From: Sedimentisphaerales bacterium
GTDB taxonomy: Bacteria; Planctomycetota; Phycisphaerae; Sedimentisphaerales; SM23-30
NCBI GenBank assembly: GCA_963663805.2
Contig: CAXXMR010000009.1
Coordinates: 320,001-384,000, forward strand
Length of the DNA: 64,000 bases
Direction of reading: 5' to 3'
Under the pieces are notes generated by a model. That model saw only the letters and a program-made list of their open reading frames with translations, did not search any database and was not told the DNA's origin. Positions 9,124-19,148 of this stretch are shown piece after piece; the first letter of the stretch is position 1; each line of letters starts with the position of its first letter. The position numbers were made by a program, and so were the translations under genes.

Positions 9124-10080
9124 TTACGGGATCGAAGTAGCCGATGATTTTCTTGATTTATGGTCAGGGGGTAATTTTGATTCCATTATGGTTTGCTTGA
9201 GGTTGGCGGGCAATTGGGGGGTTGCTCCGGGACAGGAAGCGACGTAGGCACCGACCTGATTGGCGGCAATGGCGATGGTCTCCAGGGTGGCATTTTGAAT
9301 ATACAAATGGGCCATCGTAGCAGTGAAGGCATCGCCTGCGCCTATAGCGTCCTGCACCGAAACCGGAAATCCGGGATGTTCCACCAGTTCATCTCTGCTG
9401 CACAAAACACAACCATTACTTGCCCTGGTAACGCATAACAGCTTCAAATTAAACTTATCCATAATGCCGTGCAGACGGTCTTTGAAGTTTTTATACGGCA
9501 AGTTGGTTATCTCAGCGATAATAGGGAATTCCTCGTGGTTTAGCTTGAGAATGTCCGCGGCAAATAGTGAGTTGTGAATAGTTTCGTCGGTGTAATACTG
9601 CTGGCGGAGATTGATGTCGCACAACGCGACAGCATCCGCTGCCCGGTGGTCTAGCAAATCGAGAATGGTTTTACGTGAGACCGCCGAACGCTGGGCCAGC
9701 GAACCATAACAGATTACCCGTGCGTGGTTAAACAAATCAATGAGAGGCTGATTGAGTTCCAGAAAATCCCAGGCGGCGTGTTCATGGACTACGTAAGCAG
9801 GCTGGCCATTTTCGTCAACTTCTACGGTTACAGTGCCGGTTGGATGTTGCGAATCAATTTGCAGGAAATCATCGTCGAGCGAGATAGCCTTGAGGTTTGA
9901 TCTTATTTCCCGTCCCAAAGAGTCAGCGCCTATTCGGGAGACTATGGCAGCGGGATTGCCGAACTGGTGGCTGTGGAAGGCGAAGTTAGCGGGTGCGCCG
10001 CCCAGCATTTTGGCGGCGGGAAGCACGTCCCACAGTATCTCGCCCAAACCAATAAAATATCCTTGTTGTTCAATCGTCAT
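9124..10080 (-). CDS. PfkB-family carbohydrate kinase (fructokinase-like)
   Basis: GLGEILWD, GGAPANFA, DINLR, DAIGAGDAF; lies within a fructan locus. Confidence 0.9.
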   Translation of the reverse strand: MTIEQQGYFIGLGEILWDVLPAAKMLGGAPANFAFHSHQFGNPAAIVSRIGADSLGREIRSNLKAISLDDDFLQIDSQHPTGTVTVEVDENGQPAYVVHEHAAWDFLELNQPLIDLFNHARVICYGSLAQRSAVSRKTILDLLDHRAADAVALCDINLRQQYYTDETIHNSLFAADILKLNHEEFPIIAEITNLPYKNFKDRLHGIMDKFNLKLLCVTRASNGCVLCSRDELVEHPGFPVSVQDAIGAGDAFTATMAHLYIQNATLETIAIAANQVGAYVASCPGATPQLPANLKQTIMESKLPPDHKSRKSSATSIP

Positions 10081-10083
10081 AAA

Positions 10084-11442
10084 TCACCGAGCTTTCGCCT
10101 TGAATTTCCAACCGCGTTTTTTGAGCATATCTAACAGTACGGCGGCGAGAATTACCAGGCCGAGAACAACTTTCTGGGTGTAACTTTCCACGCCGGTCAG
10201 GTTCATGCCGTTCTGGATGACGGCGATAATAAAAGCCCCGATGAGTGTGCCGAGAATTTTACCTTCGCCGCCGGAGAGGCTGGTGCCGCCTACCACTACC
10301 GCGGCAATAACGTACAGCTCGTACATTAAACCGTAAGTTGGTGCACCGCTTTTGAGCTGCGAAACCTGTACGATACCGCCCAAGCCCGCCAGTGCCCCAC
10401 AAACCGCATAGACGAATACTAAAATACTTTTAACCGGTACACCGGAAAGACGGGCGGCTTCCTGATTGCCGCCGACAGCGTAGATGTATCTGCCCAGGGC
10501 CATTCGGGTCATCAGGACATAAGCGGCGGCATAAATAATCAGCATCAGCACAATTGTGTTGGGGATGCCCAGGTCGCTGCCGCGTCCGAGCCAGATGAGC
10601 GAATTGGGCACCTGATAAATTGACTGTCCCTGGGCGAGTATAAATGCCAGTCCGCTGGCGACCATCATCATCGCCAGGGTTACAATAAAAGGCGGAATCA
10701 GAAAATGCGTGACCATCAGTCCGGAAAACACACCTATCAATCCGCAGGCGAGTATCGCGGCCAGGCAACACAGCACCATGCCAACGGAGGAAGCGTTTTC
10801 GGCTCCGGCAAATTCGCGGATAAGATAAGTCGAAACCACGGCTGATAAGGCGATAAGGCTGCCGACGGACAAATCTATGCCGCCGGTAATAATGACCATG
10901 GTCATGCCTACCGCGATGATTGCGATAACGATGATGCGGTCGGCGACGGCCATTAGGTTTGACTTTTTGAGGAAGTCGGGCCACATGTAATTTTGAGGGG
11001 ATATCAGTTGAGTCTCGGCAAACTCGGCGTAACGGGAGTTAAGCTCTCTGACAAAAGGTAAACTGGCAATCTCCTGCGTTGCGACAGCGACATCCAACTG
11101 AACCTTATTTTCGGCAAGTTCGTCCAGGCCGGTGCGTAAATCACTGGGGGACCCGGCAAGGACATGCACATTTGGGTAACCAGCTTTGTCAAGGCGGGTC
11201 GATAGCGTCTCTTTAAATATAAACGCCTGGTCACCGGAACCAGCCAGAATTAGAATAGCGTTGTTTTTAGTGCAGTTGGTGGAAATTTTACGGAAAATCT
11301 CACGGGCGGCTTCCGGGCCGGAAGGGTGCTGTTTGTTCAGGGTGATGAAACTGAAGAATACGCAAAGGGCCGCGAGGATGAGCAGCATCCCATAATCAGA
11401 AAAAAATCTGGTCCAGCGTTTTTTTAACTTGGCAAAATCCAA
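10084..11442 (-). CDS. Sugar ABC transporter permease (RbsC-like) with an extra soluble insertion
   Basis: MTMVIITGGIDLSVGS, YAVGGNQEAARLSG, IAAVVVGGTSLSGGEG. Confidence 0.93.
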   Translation of the reverse strand: MDFAKLKKRWTRFFSDYGMLLILAALCVFFSFITLNKQHPSGPEAAREIFRKISTNCTKNNAILILAGSGDQAFIFKETLSTRLDKAGYPNVHVLAGSPSDLRTGLDELAENKVQLDVAVATQEIASLPFVRELNSRYAEFAETQLISPQNYMWPDFLKKSNLMAVADRIIVIAIIAVGMTMVIITGGIDLSVGSLIALSAVVSTYLIREFAGAENASSVGMVLCCLAAILACGLIGVFSGLMVTHFLIPPFIVTLAMMMVASGLAFILAQGQSIYQVPNSLIWLGRGSDLGIPNTIVLMLIIYAAAYVLMTRMALGRYIYAVGGNQEAARLSGVPVKSILVFVYAVCGALAGLGGIVQVSQLKSGAPTYGLMYELYVIAAVVVGGTSLSGGEGKILGTLIGAFIIAVIQNGMNLTGVESYTQKVVLGLVILAAVLLDMLKKRGWKFKAKAR

Positions 11443-11462
11443 ACTCTAACCTTTCAAACTTA

Positions 11463-12962
11463 TCAGGCAATCGCCAGCTTCATAATGTCTTGCTGGGTGG
11501 CTGAATCAACGTCGGTAATCTCGCCGGTAATCCGGCCTTCGTGCATGACCAGCACGCGGTCACTCATGCCGAGTACTTCGGGCAGCTCTGAGCTTATCAT
11601 CAGAATAGCCTTGCCGCGGCTGGCTAGTTCGTTCATTAGAAGATATATCTCATATTTCGCTCCGACATCTATGCCGCGGGTAGGTTCATCAAAAATAATT
11701 ATATCCGAATTTCGCTCCAGCCATTTGGCCAGCACAACCTTCTGCTGATTGCCGCCGGAGAGGTTCATGGCTAACTCGTCCTGGTCGGGAATTTTTATTC
11801 GCAAGGCATTTACATAATGGGTAAATCGCTGCTGCTCTTTTTGCGTCTTAACGAACCCCACTCCAGATAATTCCGGCAGATTGGGCAAGGCGAAATTGTG
11901 TTTAACCGAATGATTGAGCACCAACCCTTCGGCTTTGCGGTCTTCGGTTAATAAACAGATACCATTGCCGATGGCGTCGGCGGGCGATTTAATCTCTACG
12001 GCCCTGCCGTCCAGCTCGACCCAGCCGGAATCCATACGGTCAGCTCCAAATATCAAACGGGCAACTTCGGTTCGGCCTGAACCCACCAGGCCGGTCAGGG
12101 CCAGCACCTCTCCGCCGCGCAACTCAAAGGAGACATCCTTAACCGCCGCTGAGCGGTTAAGATTATGCACTTGCAGGCGTACGGGTCCAAGTTTACTTTT
12201 CTGCTTGGGGAACTCATTTTCGATTTTTCGGCCCACCATTAGCTCGATAAGTTCGTTGCGGGTTAGTTCGTTGGCGTTTCGCAGCGCGACCCGACTACCG
12301 TCCCGCATTACCATAATCCGGTCGGCAATTTCAAATATTTCGTCCAGGCGGTGACTGATGTAAATGACACCAATACCCTGACTTTTTAGCTCACGAATGA
12401 TTTTAAAAAGTTTTTCGACTTCCTGGTCGGTTAGTGTTGCCGAAGGTTCATCCATTACGATGATCTCGGCATTTGTGGACAGAGCCTTGGCGATTTCGAC
12501 AATCTGCTGCTGAGCTACGGTGAGCTCGCCACACAATGCTTCCGGGTCGATCTCGACGCCTACCCGCTCGAACAACTTAACAGCTTGTTGATATTCATCG
12601 CGTTTTTTTACGAATCCGCCGCTGGTGTTTTCACGGCCTAGAAAGATATTTTCCCGTGCCGTCAATGAAGGTATAAGATTGAATTCCTGATAAATCACCG
12701 CTACGCCAGCCTTTTGAGCTGCGACCGGTTCCGAGATGGACACAGATTTTTGGTGAATCTTTATTGTACCGGAATCGGGCAGATAGGCACCGCTGAGTAC
12801 CTTAATGAGGGTGCTTTTGCCGGCGCCGTTTTCTCCGAGCAGGGCCAATACCTCGCCTGCCTGCAAGTCCAGAGCGACGTTTCGCAGAGCGTACACGCCG
12901 GGAAAAGATTTCTCAATCCCGCTCATCTCCAGCAATATGTTACTACTATCTAACTGATTCAT
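11463..12962 (-). CDS. Sugar ABC transporter ATP-binding protein (RbsA-like)
   Basis: GENGAGKST, LSGGNQQKV, DEPTRGIDVGAK; two ATPase domains. Confidence 0.96.
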   Translation of the reverse strand: MNQLDSSNILLEMSGIEKSFPGVYALRNVALDLQAGEVLALLGENGAGKSTLIKVLSGAYLPDSGTIKIHQKSVSISEPVAAQKAGVAVIYQEFNLIPSLTARENIFLGRENTSGGFVKKRDEYQQAVKLFERVGVEIDPEALCGELTVAQQQIVEIAKALSTNAEIIVMDEPSATLTDQEVEKLFKIIRELKSQGIGVIYISHRLDEIFEIADRIMVMRDGSRVALRNANELTRNELIELMVGRKIENEFPKQKSKLGPVRLQVHNLNRSAAVKDVSFELRGGEVLALTGLVGSGRTEVARLIFGADRMDSGWVELDGRAVEIKSPADAIGNGICLLTEDRKAEGLVLNHSVKHNFALPNLPELSGVGFVKTQKEQQRFTHYVNALRIKIPDQDELAMNLSGGNQQKVVLAKWLERNSDIIIFDEPTRGIDVGAKYEIYLLMNELASRGKAILMISSELPEVLGMSDRVLVMHEGRITGEITDVDSATQQDIMKLAIA

Positions 12963-12970
12963 TAAAACGT

Positions 12971-13948
12971 CTATTTTTCCTGAAACAGTGGGTCTTTTCG
13001 GGCGTCGGCCTGATAATACAGCGCGGTTGGTATCAGAACTTCGGGGGCGACCTTCTCGCCGTCAAAATACTTCATTATCGTTTGGACGGTTACCTGGCCG
13101 ATTTTGTCGGGGAACTGGACGGGGTCGGCGTAAATCTTGCCTTCGAGGATGGCTTTTTTGCCTTCGGGCTGGCCGTCGAAACCTACGACTATCACTTCTT
13201 TGGTCTTTTTGGCGATTTCCAGGGCGGCATAGGCGCCCAATGCGGTCGGGTCGTTAATCGCAAAAACACCATCCAGTTCCTGATGGGCCTGGATAACATC
13301 CTGAGCTACTTTGAAACTTTCATCCTTGGAACCCTTGCCGGGCCAGGAGCCGACAATTTCTATTTTTGAGCCGGCTTCTTTCAGTTCATCGCGAAAGCCT
13401 TTTGTTCGCAGAATGACTGATTCAACTTCGGGATGGTCGATTATCGCGACTTTGCCCTTGTCGTCCAAAGCCTCCATCATAGCCTTGCCGGCCATGCGAC
13501 CGCCGATATAATTATCGGTGGCGATATGACAGACGACCTGGGCACCTTCGGCGAGGCAGGCAATGTCGGCGGTAAAAACCGGTATGCCGGCCTGATTGGC
13601 TTCTTTGATGGCGGTGCCGACTGATTTGGAATCGCAGGGGGTGAGGACTATCGCATTTACTTTCTGGACGATGAATTCCTTGACCTGGTCACGTTGTTTA
13701 GCAGGGTTGTTTTCGCCGCTGAGAACAATAACGTCGTAGCCGTGTTTATCGGCTTCGTCGGTTATGTTGTCGGCGATTTCTTTGAAAAATGGGTTCGTCA
13801 GAGTCAAAAGCGAGACCCCGATAACACCTTTGGAGGCCTGCACGTCAGCATCACCGTTCTGGGGTTCTTCTTTGGCACATCCGCTAAATGACAGCAAGAG
13901 GCATACCGCCAGCAGAAAACTAAATATCCATTTAACATTTGATTTCAT
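12971..13948 (-). CDS. Sugar ABC transporter substrate-binding lipoprotein (RbsB-like)
   Basis: Lipobox FSGC; TLTNPFF, ATDNYIGG, FAINDPTALGA, VVGFDG. Confidence 0.93.
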   Translation of the reverse strand: MKSNVKWIFSFLLAVCLLLSFSGCAKEEPQNGDADVQASKGVIGVSLLTLTNPFFKEIADNITDEADKHGYDVIVLSGENNPAKQRDQVKEFIVQKVNAIVLTPCDSKSVGTAIKEANQAGIPVFTADIACLAEGAQVVCHIATDNYIGGRMAGKAMMEALDDKGKVAIIDHPEVESVILRTKGFRDELKEAGSKIEIVGSWPGKGSKDESFKVAQDVIQAHQELDGVFAINDPTALGAYAALEIAKKTKEVIVVGFDGQPEGKKAILEGKIYADPVQFPDKIGQVTVQTIMKYFDGEKVAPEVLIPTALYYQADARKDPLFQEK

Positions 13949-13968
13949 GACAACTCCTTCAACTTGAC

Positions 13969-16416
13969 TTATTCCCAGATTGATTTTAGCTCATGCACGG
14001 CCAGTGAACCAACCTTGACACTGCCGCCGGCGGCTTGAACCGCGAGAGAGCGGTTTGTCTCTTCCGGGAAAGCACCGAAAGGCATATACAGCCAGCCGTC
14101 ATTGGCATATATTTCTAATGAAGTCCGGTCCATAAGCATACGCAAAGTAATCGCACCGTTCACCACCGGCAGGGTCGCGGATTTACCCAGACAGCTCAGC
14201 GTGGCCTCAGCGACATTATATTTAACCTCGATACCGCGCAAATCGAACACTACTTCCGAGCAGTTTATATCGCTCAGATTGGCTTTAATATCAAATAAAT
14301 CACCTTCAATACCGTTTGCCAGATTCGCGGAACTGTCAGAAATAACCTCATTAGTCCACAAATGCGACTGGGCGTATAAAGAGGCAATCTCCTCAATTGG
14401 ATTAACATACAGACGCATGTTACCGTCAGATTCACGCAAAGTCAAATCTACCGGAAAAAGCATCATCTGATTAAAGGGCATACCGGTCATCACAATCGCC
14501 TTGCCCCAGGCAATCTGAATCCTGCGACCGTCGGCGGCGGGAATGCCATTGAAGGTCTGCGAAGCGTAGTAATTTTTACCGTAATGGAAACGAATTTCGT
14601 CGGTTTCGGGCGAAAAGGTGCTGCCGTCAAAGTCACCCACCATATAATTACCGTTGCCGCCGTAAAGCAACCATTTGGTATGGGCGGGGTTGCCGTTGAG
14701 CGACATTTCGAAGAACTCGGGGCATTCGTAAAATGACTCAATCTTGCTCTTATACTCCCAGTTTTTCAAATCCGGCGAGGTGAAAAATCCCATTTCATTG
14801 TTATCCAGATACAGCACCATTACCCATTTGCCGGTCGGTTCGTGCCAGAATACTTTCGGGTCACGATTATTACCGGTGACATGGCCCAGGACCGGATTAT
14901 TTTCGTAAATTTCCCAAGTACGTCCACGATCATTGCTATAGGCCAGTGACTGTGTACGCAAGCCACCTTTCGACCAGATATTTCTATCGGCAGCAGAAGT
15001 ATAAACAGCAACAATGGGCTTTTCACTGCCGGTCTGGAAACCGGTGGTGTTATTTTCATCCACCACGGCTGAGCCGGAATAAACCGTCCCCAGATGGTCG
15101 GGATGAATAGCATCTCCCAATTCCTCCCAGTGCATCAAGTCGGTACTTACGGCATGACCCCAGGTCATATTGCCCCAGCGCCAGCCATAAGGATTGTGCT
15201 GCCAGAAAACATGATACTCGCCGTCATAATAGACCGTACCGTTGACATCGTTGTTCCAGCCGCGTTTGGTAGTCAGATGAAACTGGGGACGAAGCTGTTC
15301 CTTATAAACCTCATTCTCGCCCGGAAAAGTATTGGCTTGAAATACCGCCGCAATAGCGTCACGAGCCTTGCCCGCTACACAACATCCTTCCCGCTCGACC
15401 GCGCCATCAGTCCACAACTGTAAATCCATCCCCTCGAATTCACTGACGTCCAGATAAACCCAGAAATCAGGATTGTCAGGCTCAAGCTCGATATCAAACT
15501 CCCGAATCTTTTTGCCCTCGGCGAAAATATTGATTACCTGCTTGGCGTTGTCGGTCTTGACGGGAAAGTTCAGATATTTCTTGTTAATATGGAACTGACG
15601 GCTTTTGCCAATCAGGTAATTGACATCGATATTCAGTGTCTCTGATTGCTGAATCATATCCATACCGCCGCGTTCGTTCACAGGTTTGACCAGACGCAGG
15701 GTAATATCCATGTCTTTCATGCAACTGACATCAATCGCAGTCCACGTATCAACGGCGGTATTGGCAAAATCCAGATTAACACTGTAAATCACGCCCTTTT
15801 CGCCCAGAAGCTGCATTTCAAGTTCAGTGCAACTGTTCTGCACCGGCAGCAGCAGATAATCATTACTAATCCGAATCGTCCGGGTCTGTTCATAAACCAT
15901 AATAGCCTGCTCATCACTCTGGTAAATATGGTCAACATTAATATGCCCCCAACCGCTGGTATAATTATCGACAATCTGCAAAACAGCCTGATCGCCCACT
16001 AAATCACTCACATCCCAGTTCACCCAAACCAGGGCTTCATCGTCGATGCCGGTCATAGTGCGTACGACCGCGTCATTGACCAGCAGGTTCATGCAGGTCT
16101 GGCCGGGATGATTGCCTCCGCCTACCAGAAAGTTGATATAATCGCGTTGAATCGTAAAAGCAGGCGAAGTCAAAGTGCCGACAACCTTATCCCCGCTGTA
16201 ATAGGTATTGACCAATCTTTCTCCCAAATAACCGCTTACGGTGCGTTGAGAACCGATAGTGCCCTGGGCGGGACCGGGACCAAAGGCTTCGCCGGTCACG
16301 ACCCAATCACCGTAATCGGCACTCTCAAAATCCTCTATCAGAATATCCGCGGCACCTCTGGCAGATGAAATCATTCCCATTATCAAAACAACAACCGATA
16401 ACAGTCTTGCAGTCAT
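13969..16416 (-). CDS. Secreted GH32 levanase/fructan beta-fructosidase with N-terminal accessory domains
   Basis: Signal peptide; GWNNDVNG, WGHAVSTDL, RDPKVFW, YECP catalytic motifs; two related YL.(L/F)PV domains upstream. Confidence 0.92.
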   Translation of the reverse strand: MTARLLSVVVLIMGMISSARGAADILIEDFESADYGDWVVTGEAFGPGPAQGTIGSQRTVSGYLGERLVNTYYSGDKVVGTLTSPAFTIQRDYINFLVGGGNHPGQTCMNLLVNDAVVRTMTGIDDEALVWVNWDVSDLVGDQAVLQIVDNYTSGWGHINVDHIYQSDEQAIMVYEQTRTIRISNDYLLLPVQNSCTELEMQLLGEKGVIYSVNLDFANTAVDTWTAIDVSCMKDMDITLRLVKPVNERGGMDMIQQSETLNIDVNYLIGKSRQFHINKKYLNFPVKTDNAKQVINIFAEGKKIREFDIELEPDNPDFWVYLDVSEFEGMDLQLWTDGAVEREGCCVAGKARDAIAAVFQANTFPGENEVYKEQLRPQFHLTTKRGWNNDVNGTVYYDGEYHVFWQHNPYGWRWGNMTWGHAVSTDLMHWEELGDAIHPDHLGTVYSGSAVVDENNTTGFQTGSEKPIVAVYTSAADRNIWSKGGLRTQSLAYSNDRGRTWEIYENNPVLGHVTGNNRDPKVFWHEPTGKWVMVLYLDNNEMGFFTSPDLKNWEYKSKIESFYECPEFFEMSLNGNPAHTKWLLYGGNGNYMVGDFDGSTFSPETDEIRFHYGKNYYASQTFNGIPAADGRRIQIAWGKAIVMTGMPFNQMMLFPVDLTLRESDGNMRLYVNPIEEIASLYAQSHLWTNEVISDSSANLANGIEGDLFDIKANLSDINCSEVVFDLRGIEVKYNVAEATLSCLGKSATLPVVNGAITLRMLMDRTSLEIYANDGWLYMPFGAFPEETNRSLAVQAAGGSVKVGSLAVHELKSIWE

Positions 16417-16497
16417 AAGAACTCCATTAAAATTTGAGTAAACTACATTTGGTACTTGTACTGTCTAGTGTTAAAATGTTTAATTTTAACCTATAAA

Positions 16498-18150
16498 TTA
16501 TACCAAAATCCCTTTCATTTGCCAAGCCTGGAGGTTACTGAGAACCGCATCTTCGCTTTGGGCTCGCAGAGAGATGGTTTGGCTGTCGCTGCGGCCGGGA
16601 TATACTCTTATGGCGGCACACTGTTTATCGTTTACGAAAACCTCCACTACGGAGCGGTCCAGGAATACGCGCAGTTTTAAAGGTTCATTATCTGCCAGAG
16701 CAACAGGGGCGTTTTCCGGGGGGCGGCAGCTTACATGCGAGAGAGTCGAAGAACGTGAACTGTCTATCGAGATTATTCCGGGCTGTACCTTTCCTTTCTG
16801 CCGGGGGCTATAGCCGCGACGGGGATAAAATATGATGCGGGTGGTCTCTTCTCCGTTTGGGGAACGAAATACATTCAGCTCGACCGGTTCTGCTCCGCGC
16901 AGCTCGATTTCGGCCTGGATTTCCATGGAGCGGCCCTTGATTTTATCCAACAAAATTTCTTTGTTAGCGGGCAGGGTCATTGAGCCGACTTGCTGATGAT
17001 TATAACGCAGAGATTCGATATTTCCTGCCGGTGTAATTGTCAACTCATCTTTATTTCTCAAGGTCAGTCGCCGGGGCAGGGTCATTAACTGCCGCCAAAC
17101 ACTTGATTTGCCATGGTTCATATTGAAAATTGCTATTACCCCGCCCTTGCCGTCTGGGCAGGCGGAGGGGGCGTGTACGCCACAGGGACTTGCCGCACCA
17201 AAATTAAAATCACCACCGGTGGTTACCACAAACTTGTCACGGTTGGTGTCATAATCGCCGAGCAGATATTTTCCGCCGCTCATATGGCTAAAATGCAGCA
17301 GAATATGCCTGTCGCCGATAGGCCAGAAATAAGGACAAGCCCCATCATCACCCACCAGCGAGTACATATCGTTTTCTACAAACGGATGCAAATATTCCCA
17401 GTTTATCAGGTCTCTCGAACGGAACAGGAAATTTCTGCGAACTCTCTGATTGCCCGGCCCTTCATAAGCGTATCTGCCGGACAGAGAATAATAAAATCCG
17501 CCCTTTTTCCAGATGCAAGGGTCGAAAACCAGATAGGGCAGCGGCGAGCCATCTTTACTTTCCATGGGAATAACCGCACCATCTGACAGTTTATCCCAGT
17601 TGAGCAGTAGCGGGTCATTCGCAACCGCGACCATATTACCCAACTTCGTGCCGTGATACATAGCGATAACGCGGTCCGGCTCGACCAGGGTTGCGCCGGA
17701 ATAACATTTCTCCTCAGGATTTGGATAAATCGCGTAAGGCAAATCACGCCAGTGGATGAGGTCGTCACTGACGGCGTGGCCCCAATGCTGGCGGGTATCT
17801 TCCGGCGGATAGCCCTGATGGAACAAATGCCAGCGTCCCTGCCAGTAGCACAGGCCGTTCGGGTCGTTCAGTTTTCCTTCCGGGCTGGTAAAATGGTAGA
17901 TCGGACGATACGGGTCCTTGGCATATTCTTTTCTCGACGCAGCAAAGCGTTTGAGCAACGGGTTGTCACGAAGCTGTTTTTCCTGTTCTTCCAGCTTGTC
18001 AGAAAAAGTGTATTTTGGTACCGCTGAGGTATAATCAATTTTATTTTCGGTGGCGCCATATCCCTTTCCGCCTGCCAGCAGATAAACCGCCCCTGCCAGA
18101 GAAGCCTGCTTAAGAAAATTGCGACGCGTCGAATTGCAATCCATATTCAT
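16498..18150 (-). CDS. Tat-exported GH32 beta-fructofuranosidase family protein
   Basis: TRRNFLK Tat motif; LNDPNG, WGHAVSDDL, FDP, GACP; start probably ATG 18150. Confidence 0.88.
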   Translation of the reverse strand: MNMDCNSTRRNFLKQASLAGAVYLLAGGKGYGATENKIDYTSAVPKYTFSDKLEEQEKQLRDNPLLKRFAASRKEYAKDPYRPIYHFTSPEGKLNDPNGLCYWQGRWHLFHQGYPPEDTRQHWGHAVSDDLIHWRDLPYAIYPNPEEKCYSGATLVEPDRVIAMYHGTKLGNMVAVANDPLLLNWDKLSDGAVIPMESKDGSPLPYLVFDPCIWKKGGFYYSLSGRYAYEGPGNQRVRRNFLFRSRDLINWEYLHPFVENDMYSLVGDDGACPYFWPIGDRHILLHFSHMSGGKYLLGDYDTNRDKFVVTTGGDFNFGAASPCGVHAPSACPDGKGGVIAIFNMNHGKSSVWRQLMTLPRRLTLRNKDELTITPAGNIESLRYNHQQVGSMTLPANKEILLDKIKGRSMEIQAEIELRGAEPVELNVFRSPNGEETTRIIFYPRRGYSPRQKGKVQPGIISIDSSRSSTLSHVSCRPPENAPVALADNEPLKLRVFLDRSVVEVFVNDKQCAAIRVYPGRSDSQTISLRAQSEDAVLSNLQAWQMKGILV

Positions 18151-18266
18151 AACCCTGACCTTTCTGAAATTCAAAACAAATTTTAGTATTAAGGGGTTTC
18201 TAAAAATTTAATGCTTCCATGATAGCATTTTGACAAGAGGACTACCAAACCTATTATCCACTGATA

Positions 18267-19040
18267 TTATTCCCAGCCCACACGTCCCCAGATGGCCTTT
18301 ACCAATCGTTCGATATCCTCATTTCCTTCTTGTCGTTCCCGCCAATAGCTGGCGTCATTCGGGTTATCCAGAGCGCTAGCGGCCCGGCCAAACTCGATAG
18401 TTCTGTCATCCACCCAGCGCCAAGACTCACAATGGCCGTCACCAAAAGACAAAGTGGTACCATCATCGTGATGAATCGGAACCACATCCCACCAGCGTGA
18501 TTGAAAGTAGAAGATACTCCAGGTGGTATGGCCAATAATGCCTTCGTCGAGAAATACCATTCTTCGGTCAACGTTCTGTAACTGCTCAATTTTTACCACC
18601 ACCATGTCCCGCGTAGCACCAGCGGTTGTAATTACACCCGAATCGGGGTTAAGATAAGAGTCGGGCATAGAATAGGTCCGGGCATAATCATTTACACAAG
18701 TGGGGCAAGCGAAAATATCCTCATTTTCGCCACAATATTCCCACATGGTCCCCCGTTTGACGGCCTTGAGCTGGTCCTCGCGGTCATCGTAAGTCAGGCC
18801 GCTATGGTTGACCCAACCGCTGGAACCGGAAGTTGCGCCCAAAGGCACTTCGCCGTTATGGTCTTCACTGTATACCATCCAGCATAAGGTCAGGCTACGC
18901 AGATTATTCAAACACACCACTTGCTTGGCAGACTCACGGGCCTGCCCCAAAGCTGGCAGTAATATGGAAACCAGCAACGCGATAACCGCCACCACAACCA
19001 ATAACTCCACCAGTGTGAACGCGCTACGGTACCTACGCAT
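18267..19040 (-). CDS. Prepilin-type N-terminal cleavage/methylation protein with H-X9-DG motif
   Basis: [27 protein letters not shown]-terminal HDDGTTLSFGDGH; start probably ATG 19040. Confidence 0.92.
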   Translation of the reverse strand: MRRYRSAFTLVELLVVVAVIALLVSILLPALGQARESAKQVVCLNNLRSLTLCWMVYSEDHNGEVPLGATSGSSGWVNHSGLTYDDREDQLKAVKRGTMWEYCGENEDIFACPTCVNDYARTYSMPDSYLNPDSGVITTAGATRDMVVVKIEQLQNVDRRMVFLDEGIIGHTTWSIFYFQSRWWDVVPIHHDDGTTLSFGDGHCESWRWVDDRTIEFGRAASALDNPNDASYWRERQEGNEDIERLVKAIWGRVGWE

Positions 19041-19148
19041 AATTTTACCCTTTTTGTGTGTCCCCACGAGAATTGTTTTGTTATTGTAAAAACCACGTCC
19101 CAGGGTACCCCATCACAAAAGGGGGACCCCGGAACGCAAGTAAGTCGA

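Noticed and set aside
19098..19136. Imperfect hairpin between the dockerin gene and the pilin gene
   Set aside because: Could be an mRNA-stabilising stem, but it is mismatched and lacks a U-tract; too weak to call.
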